A stretch of DNA of 40,173 bases from Bacillota bacterium (lineage in GTDB: Bacteria; Bacillota; Dethiobacteria; DTU022): positions 1 through 40,173 of the forward strand of contig JAAZHP010000087.1 in NCBI GenBank assembly GCA_012510625.1, given 5' to 3'. A program made the position numbers and the translations under genes. Of the stretch, positions 35,858-40,173 are shown piece after piece. The notes beneath the pieces are model-generated. The model was not told the origin of the DNA. It was given only the letters and a program-made list of their open reading frames with translations, and ran no database searches. Each line of letters opens with the position of its first letter. Positions within the stretch are counted from its first letter, which is position 1.

Positions 35858-38048
35858 CTTCCCGGCGTAAACGGCTGTTGAGGTAGGTGTAGCGCTCCTC
35901 GGCGCGGTTATTGCGCACGGCGATGGCCAGGGCTTTCCTGGTCCCTACAAGAACAACCAGCTTCCGGGCGCGGGTAATACCGGTATAGAGGAGATTGCGC
36001 TGCAGCAGCAGGTAATGCTGGGTGATTACCGGCATCACGATGACCGGGTATTCACTGCCCTGGCTTTTGTGCACGGAGATGGCATAGGAGAGGGTCAGCT
36101 CATCGAGCTCGCTGAAATCATAGGCTACGGGGCGGCTGACAGCGGCATCGCGAAAGGTCACGGTGAGCTGGCCTTCTTCCAGATCGATGCTGCTGATCAA
36201 TCCGATGTCGCCGTTGTAGACCTCTTTCTGGTAGTTATTCCGGATCTGCATCACCTTGTCGCCAACGCGGAAAGTAGTTCCGTGCGCGGTTATTTCACTT
36301 TTCCGCCTGTCATAAGGATTGAGCGCATTCTGCAGCAGTTTGTTGAGCCGCTCCACCCCGGCAGAAGTCCGCCGCATGGGCGTAATCACCTGCACATCCG
36401 CAACGGGATCAAAGGGCCCGTAATTGGGAATCCGCTCGCAGCAAAGCTGCACCACCTTGCTGGCGACCATGTCGGGGACGGCCTCCTCGATAAAGAAAAA
36501 ATCTTTATGCCTTACATTGAGATGGGGCATCTCCCCCCGGTTGACCCGGTGTGCGTTGAGCGTAATCAAGCTCTCGCGGGCTTGCCTGAAGATATAATTG
36601 AGGCGGACAGCGGGAACAACCTCCGACGCCAGGATATCTTTAAGCACGTTGCCCGCACCCACCGCGGGAAGCTGATCCGCATCCCCGACCAGGATGAGGC
36701 GGCAGCCTTCCGGTATGGCCCTGACCAGATGATACATGAGCATGAGGTCAACCATGGAGGACTCGTCTATGATCAGCACATCGGCTTCCAGGGGGCGCTC
36801 CGCATGGCGCAGGAACCTGAACCCTTCTCCCTCGATATAGCTGTATTCCAGGAGGCGGTGGATGGTAAAGGCCTCCTCACCGGTGGCTTCGCTGACCCTT
36901 TTGGCGGCCCGCCCCGTGGGAGCAGCCAGCAGCACCTTCTGCCTCAGTAAATGAAAGAGGGAAAGAAGGGCCCTGATGGTGGTGGTTTTGCCGGTGCCGG
37001 GTCCTCCCGTAACCACTAGAACCCCGCAGCTTAACGCCTGCTCCAGGACCAGGCGCTGCTCCGCAGTCAGCCCGCTCTCTTTTCCCGCAGCGGCAGCCAT
37101 GGCTTCTTCCTTCCGGCGGGATCCCCACTGCCGCGGCGCAGCGGCCAGCCTGATCAACTGCCGGGCCACATCCCGCTCCGCATAAAAGTAAGGGGCGGCA
37201 TAGATGATTTCACCGGCTTCCGTATCCTCACGGTGGATTTTTCTCTCCCTGGCCAGCTGCTCGAGATGTTCTTCCATAGAAATTTCCGGCATCTCTTCAC
37301 CGGGAATAGCTAAAAGCTGGCCGGCCTGCTCCGCAATAAGCTCCCGCGGCAGGTAAACATGGCCTTTCTCGGCGGCATCGCTGAGAGCAAAAAGAAGCGC
37401 CGCGCGGACACGGGCCGGGTCCCCGGCAGATAGCCCCATCCGGCGGGCAATACGGTCTGCGGTTTTAAAGCCGATCCCCAGCACCTCTTCGGCCAGGCTA
37501 TAAGGATTCTCCTTGACCCGGTCAACCGCCCGGGGACCGTAATGGCGGTATAGCCGCAGCGCCTGCCCCACCCCGATGCCATACCCCTGCAGAAAAACTA
37601 GAACATCCTGCATTTCGCGGTATTCGCTGAAGCTCTCCAGGATGAGCGCCGCCCTTTTGGGCCCGATCCCCGGTATCTCCTGCAGCCGCTCCGGCTCTTT
37701 CTCCATTATCTCCAGGGCCTTCATTCCGAAGGCTTTCACGATTGCATCGGCCGTTACCGGACCGATACCCTTGATCAGCCCCGAAGAGAGGTAGCGCTTC
37801 AAACCCACCTCAGTAGCGGGAAGGAGCCGTTCCCAGCGCTCCACCGCCACCTGGCGGCCGTAACGGTGATGGAGCTGCCACTTCCCGGTGACAAGCAGGC
37901 TTTCCCCTTCCTGCAGCGGCGGAAAACTGCCCACAATGGTGACCGCCTCGCCGCTGCTGCAGCGCAGCCGCCCTACCAGGTAAGAGCTCTCTTCGTTGTA
38001 ATACCTGATCTTTTCCAGGGTTCCTTCAAATCTCTCCAGATCCTCCAG
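35820..38048 (-). CDS. recD2: RecD2-type SF1 ATP-dependent DNA helicase (RecD/TraA family)
   Basis: Contains an HhH region (GIGPVTADAIV, IPGIGPKRAA), Walker A (VVTGGPGTGKTT), LILVGDADQLPAVGAGNV and ISVHKSQGSEYPVIV. The ORF track starts at GTG 37934, but RecD2-like N-terminal sequence (LERFEGTLEKIRYYNEESSYLVGRLRCSSGEAVTIVG) continues in frame up to a TAA at 38069-38067. The 5' end shown is a CTG preceded by GGAGGAG. See finding. Confidence 0.85.
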   Translation of the reverse strand: MEDLERFEGTLEKIRYYNEESSYLVGRLRCSSGEAVTIVGSFPPLQEGESLLVTGKWQLHHRYGRQVAVERWERLLPATEVGLKRYLSSGLIKGIGPVTADAIVKAFGMKALEIMEKEPERLQEIPGIGPKRAALILESFSEYREMQDVLVFLQGYGIGVGQALRLYRHYGPRAVDRVKENPYSLAEEVLGIGFKTADRIARRMGLSAGDPARVRAALLFALSDAAEKGHVYLPRELIAEQAGQLLAIPGEEMPEISMEEHLEQLARERKIHREDTEAGEIIYAAPYFYAERDVARQLIRLAAAPRQWGSRRKEEAMAAAAGKESGLTAEQRLVLEQALSCGVLVVTGGPGTGKTTTIRALLSLFHLLRQKVLLAAPTGRAAKRVSEATGEEAFTIHRLLEYSYIEGEGFRFLRHAERPLEADVLIIDESSMVDLMLMYHLVRAIPEGCRLILVGDADQLPAVGAGNVLKDILASEVVPAVRLNYIFRQARESLITLNAHRVNRGEMPHLNVRHKDFFFIEEAVPDMVASKVVQLCCERIPNYGPFDPVADVQVITPMRRTSAGVERLNKLLQNALNPYDRRKSEITAHGTTFRVGDKVMQIRNNYQKEVYNGDIGLISSIDLEEGQLTVTFRDAAVSRPVAYDFSELDELTLSYAISVHKSQGSEYPVIVMPVITQHYLLLQRNLLYTGITRARKLVVLVGTRKALAIAVRNNRAEERYTYLNSRLRREGENIAGRNGKSE

Positions 38049-38097
38049 AAAATCTCCTCCATTTAGTTAACTAGGTGCCAGGCACCGATTTAACTAA

Positions 38098-39288
38098 CTA
38101 GGTGGCATCTTCTTTTAACTGTTTCACCCGATCGAGCTTCTCCCAGGGGAGATCGAGCTCGGGCCGCCCAAAATGACCGTAAGCGGCCAGCGGCTGGTAT
38201 ATGGGCCGGCGCAGGTCAAACTGTTCGATAATTGCCGCCGGGCGGAGATCAAAATGTTTCCGGATTAACTTTTCGATAAGCTCCACCGGCACGGTTTCAG
38301 TGCCAAATGCATCCACGTTTATCGATACAGGTTGGGCCACCCCTATAACATAGGCCACCTGCACCTGACACCTGCGGGCCAGCCCGGCGGCAACAATATT
38401 CTTGGCCACATGACGGGCGGCATATGCGGCAGAGCGGTCGACTTTGGTGGGATCTTTACCGGAAAAAGCGCCCCCGCCATGCAGCGCGCAGCCGCCGTAA
38501 GTATCGACCATTATTTTTCGCCCGGTCAATCCGGCATCTCCCTGCGGCCCCCCCACAACAAAGCGGCCGGTGGGATTTACCAGGATGCGCGTCTTCTCGG
38601 TAAGCAACTCCGGCGGAACCGCTTTGGCAATAACATGCTTATTAATATCTTTCTCGATCTGCTCCGAGGAAACCTCTTCGCTATGCTGGGCTGAGACCAC
38701 AACCGTCTCCAGGCGCTGCGGCTTACCGTCTTGATAAGCTATAGTGACCTGGGATTTGCCGTCGGGGCGCAGGTAGGGGAGCAGGCCTGCTCTGCGAACA
38801 GCAGCCAGCCGCTGGGCCAGCTTGTGGGCCAGTGAGATGGGCAGCGGCATCAGCTCTTCTGTTTCATCACAGGCGTAACCGACCATAATTCCCTGGTCCC
38901 CGGCCCCGATCCGGTCAAAGGGATCTCCGGATAGCATCTTTTTTAACTCCAAAGCGCTGTCCACCCCCAGGGCGATGTCCGGCGACTGCTCGTCAATGGA
39001 AGTAATAACGGCACAGGTATCGCCGTCAAAGCCGTACTTGGCCCTGGTATAGCCGATTTCCTTGACCTTGTCCCGGATTATCCTGGGAATATCCACATAG
39101 CATTTGGTGGTGATCTCCCCGCAGACAAAAACCATACCGGTCGTGACCATGGTTTCCACAGCCACTCTTGCTACCGGATCCTCCGCGATTATGGCATCGA
39201 GAATGGCATCGGAGATCTGGTCAGCCAGCTTGTCCGGATGGCCTTCCGTGACTGATTCAGAAGTAAATAGCCTGTAGTTGTGGTTCAT
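38098..39288 (-). CDS. metK: S-adenosylmethionine synthase
   Basis: 396 aa with [48 protein letters not shown] and an AGGAGG ribosome-binding site. Confidence 0.96.
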   Translation of the reverse strand: MNHNYRLFTSESVTEGHPDKLADQISDAILDAIIAEDPVARVAVETMVTTGMVFVCGEITTKCYVDIPRIIRDKVKEIGYTRAKYGFDGDTCAVITSIDEQSPDIALGVDSALELKKMLSGDPFDRIGAGDQGIMVGYACDETEELMPLPISLAHKLAQRLAAVRRAGLLPYLRPDGKSQVTIAYQDGKPQRLETVVVSAQHSEEVSSEQIEKDINKHVIAKAVPPELLTEKTRILVNPTGRFVVGGPQGDAGLTGRKIMVDTYGGCALHGGGAFSGKDPTKVDRSAAYAARHVAKNIVAAGLARRCQVQVAYVIGVAQPVSINVDAFGTETVPVELIEKLIRKHFDLRPAAIIEQFDLRRPIYQPLAAYGHFGRPELDLPWEKLDRVKQLKEDAT

Positions 39289-39314
39289 TCAATCCGCCTC
39301 CTTATTGGTAAATT

Positions 39315-39339
39315 AAAAACCTCTTCGAAGAAGAGGTTT
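39315..39339 (-). terminator. Expression-platform terminator of the SAM riboswitch
   Basis: Minus RNA reads AAACCUCUUC-UUC-GAAGAGGUUU followed by UUAAUU (U5 run in total). Confidence 0.8.
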
Positions 39340-39463
39340 CAGGCCACCTCCCATCTTCCAGGAGAGCCTATTCCTCTCCTGCGGCAATTGGCACCGTGAT
39401 CCTTTGACATAATCCGGTTGCCGGGATTCATCGGGGCCGTCCCTCCTCCACTCTTGATAAGAG
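39315..39463 (-). promoter_or_regulatory. SAM-I (S-box) riboswitch in the metK leader
   Basis: Minus strand reads CTCTTATCAAGAGTGGAGGAGGGACGGCCCCGATGAATCCCGGCAACCGG...GGTGCCAATTGCCGCAGGAG...GAAGATGGGAG. The P1 halves CUCUUAUC and GAUGGGAG pair, the conserved S-box core is present, and a terminator and the metK ribosome-binding site follow. Confidence 0.9.
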
Positions 39464-39490
39464 CCCGGCTTTAACGGCGCCGGCAAGCTA

Positions 39491-39519
39491 AAAATACATC
39501 TTTCCCAGGAAAAAGTCAA
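39491..39519 (-). promoter_or_regulatory. Promoter candidate for the riboswitch-metK transcript
   Basis: Minus strand has TTGACT (39519-39514, overlapping the fabZ TGA), a 17-nt spacer, then TATTTT (39496-39491), about 25 nt upstream of riboswitch P1. Confidence 0.6.
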
Positions 39520-39977
39520 TTAAAGCCTTCCGGATCATGGCGGTCGACCAGGGCAAACATGAGCTCACCCGCAGCGGCGATCTTGCCTTCAACCCTGGCC
39601 TCGGCTTCCGCTTTGCCGATCCCACCGCGCCGCCCGGTCAAAGCAGCCTCCAGTTCCAGGCGATCCCCGGGGCGGACGGGAAGCTTGAAGCGAAAGCGGT
39701 TGATCCCGGCGAAGAGAGCCAGTTTCCCCGCTGATTCTTCTGCGCTGAGCAGCGCCACCGCCCCCACCTGGGCCAGGGCTTCAACAATGAGCACCCCCGG
39801 CATAATCGGCTCACCCGGAAAATGTCCCTGGAAAAAAGGCTCGTTGATGGTTACATTTTTGTATCCCGTCGCACTTTTGCCGGGCACCAGCCCGGTAATC
39901 CGGTCAACGAGCAGAAAGGGGTAACGATGAGGCAAAACCAAAAGGATCTTATTGATGTCCAGTTCTGAAGGTGACAT
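39516..39977 (-). CDS. fabZ: 3-hydroxyacyl-ACP dehydratase FabZ
   Basis: Contains [13 protein letters not shown] and [20 protein letters not shown] motifs. I moved the start to the third ATG at 39977 ([10 protein letters not shown]...), which has GGAGG 5 nt upstream. Confidence 0.92.
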   Translation of the reverse strand: MSPSELDINKILLVLPHRYPFLLVDRITGLVPGKSATGYKNVTINEPFFQGHFPGEPIMPGVLIVEALAQVGAVALLSAEESAGKLALFAGINRFRFKLPVRPGDRLELEAALTGRRGGIGKAEAEARVEGKIAAAGELMFALVDRHDPEGFN

Positions 39978-39996
39978 GACAACCTCCATGTTCATG

Positions 39997-40061
39997 AAGC
40001 AGGAAGCAAGAGCATAGAGGCAGGAAAAATTCAGTCCTCTGTTCTTGCTGCCTTTCTGCTT
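39997..40061. other. Long imperfect hairpin immediately upstream of fabZ
   Basis: AAGCAG/CTGCTT, GCAAGA/TCTTGC and AGAGG/CCTCT segments pair around a 15-nt loop. No convincing U tract follows on the gene strand. Confidence 0.5.
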
Positions 40062-40173
40062 TTAGTAAATTGGGTGAGGTATGACTCGCCTGCATTGTAA
40101 AATATTATCTCACCATAAGCCTGTCATATTACCCGTCTCAAGTGGGACAAACAGGTACGTCCCCGGTGTCCCA

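Noticed and set aside
36015-36950. Long plus-strand ORFs in the track: for example 36015..36950 (311 aa), 31191..32063 (290 aa), 8581..9312 (243 aa), 32544..33236 (230 aa), 18695..19354 (219 aa) and 22047..22688 (213 aa).
   Set aside because: Each lies entirely antisense to a minus-strand gene with unmistakable family motifs (recD2, secA, rpoN, uvrA/uvrB, the PDZ protein). Their translations are low-complexity and rich in R, P, G and A, as expected for shadow ORFs in GC-rich DNA. None has a convincing ribosome-binding site.
39313-39519. 68-aa minus-strand ORF between fabZ and metK.
   Set aside because: It coincides exactly with the SAM-I riboswitch and its terminator, so it is an RNA element rather than a coding region.

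Overview
GC-rich chromosomal core segment that looks like Bacillota/Clostridia (an inference from gene content and synteny). All 29 protein genes I can support are on the minus strand in tight, often overlapping arrays. In transcription order (right to left) they are: fabZ | SAM-I riboswitch-metK | recD2-comFC | hpf and an orphan ~375-aa ORF | secA-prfB (+1 frameshift)-yitT | ftsE-ftsX-M23/EnvC-like peptidase | 569-nt gene-free gap | ctpA, minJ-like PDZ protein, UPF0016 transporter | uvrB-uvrA-uvrC | Cof-type HAD, rapZ, yvcK, whiA, rpoN | pgk-tpiA-gpmI-eno | secG | HD hydrolase | rnr (runs off the left edge). The order closely parallels the B. subtilis hpf-secA-prfB-yvjA-ftsEX-ctpB-minJ-uvrBA and yvcJ-yvcK-whiA neighbourhoods. 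I found no CRISPR array, transposase or integrase, tRNA or rRNA, toxin-antitoxin pair, or recognisable defence genes, so I cannot support a multi-gene novel system here. What remains unexplained is mostly non-coding. (1) The 569-nt gap at 24479-25047 is dense with hairpins. (2) At least three families of short dispersed repeats recur in intergenic spacers at about 4.4 kb, 8.1-8.3 kb, 14.0 kb and 24.6-25.0 kb; one is a GC hairpin with a compensatory base-pair change between its two copies. (3) An uncharacterised ~375-aa ORF sits between hpf and secA. (4) Smaller oddities: recD2 lacks a canonical in-frame start, the M23 peptidase carries a Cys4 insertion, gap/cggR are absent upstream of pgk, and secA has a terminator-like hairpin in its leader. 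Several ORF-track starts are N-terminal over-extensions; I corrected these using ribosome-binding sites and family N-termini. All RNA structures and promoters are hand-derived from the sequence and untested.
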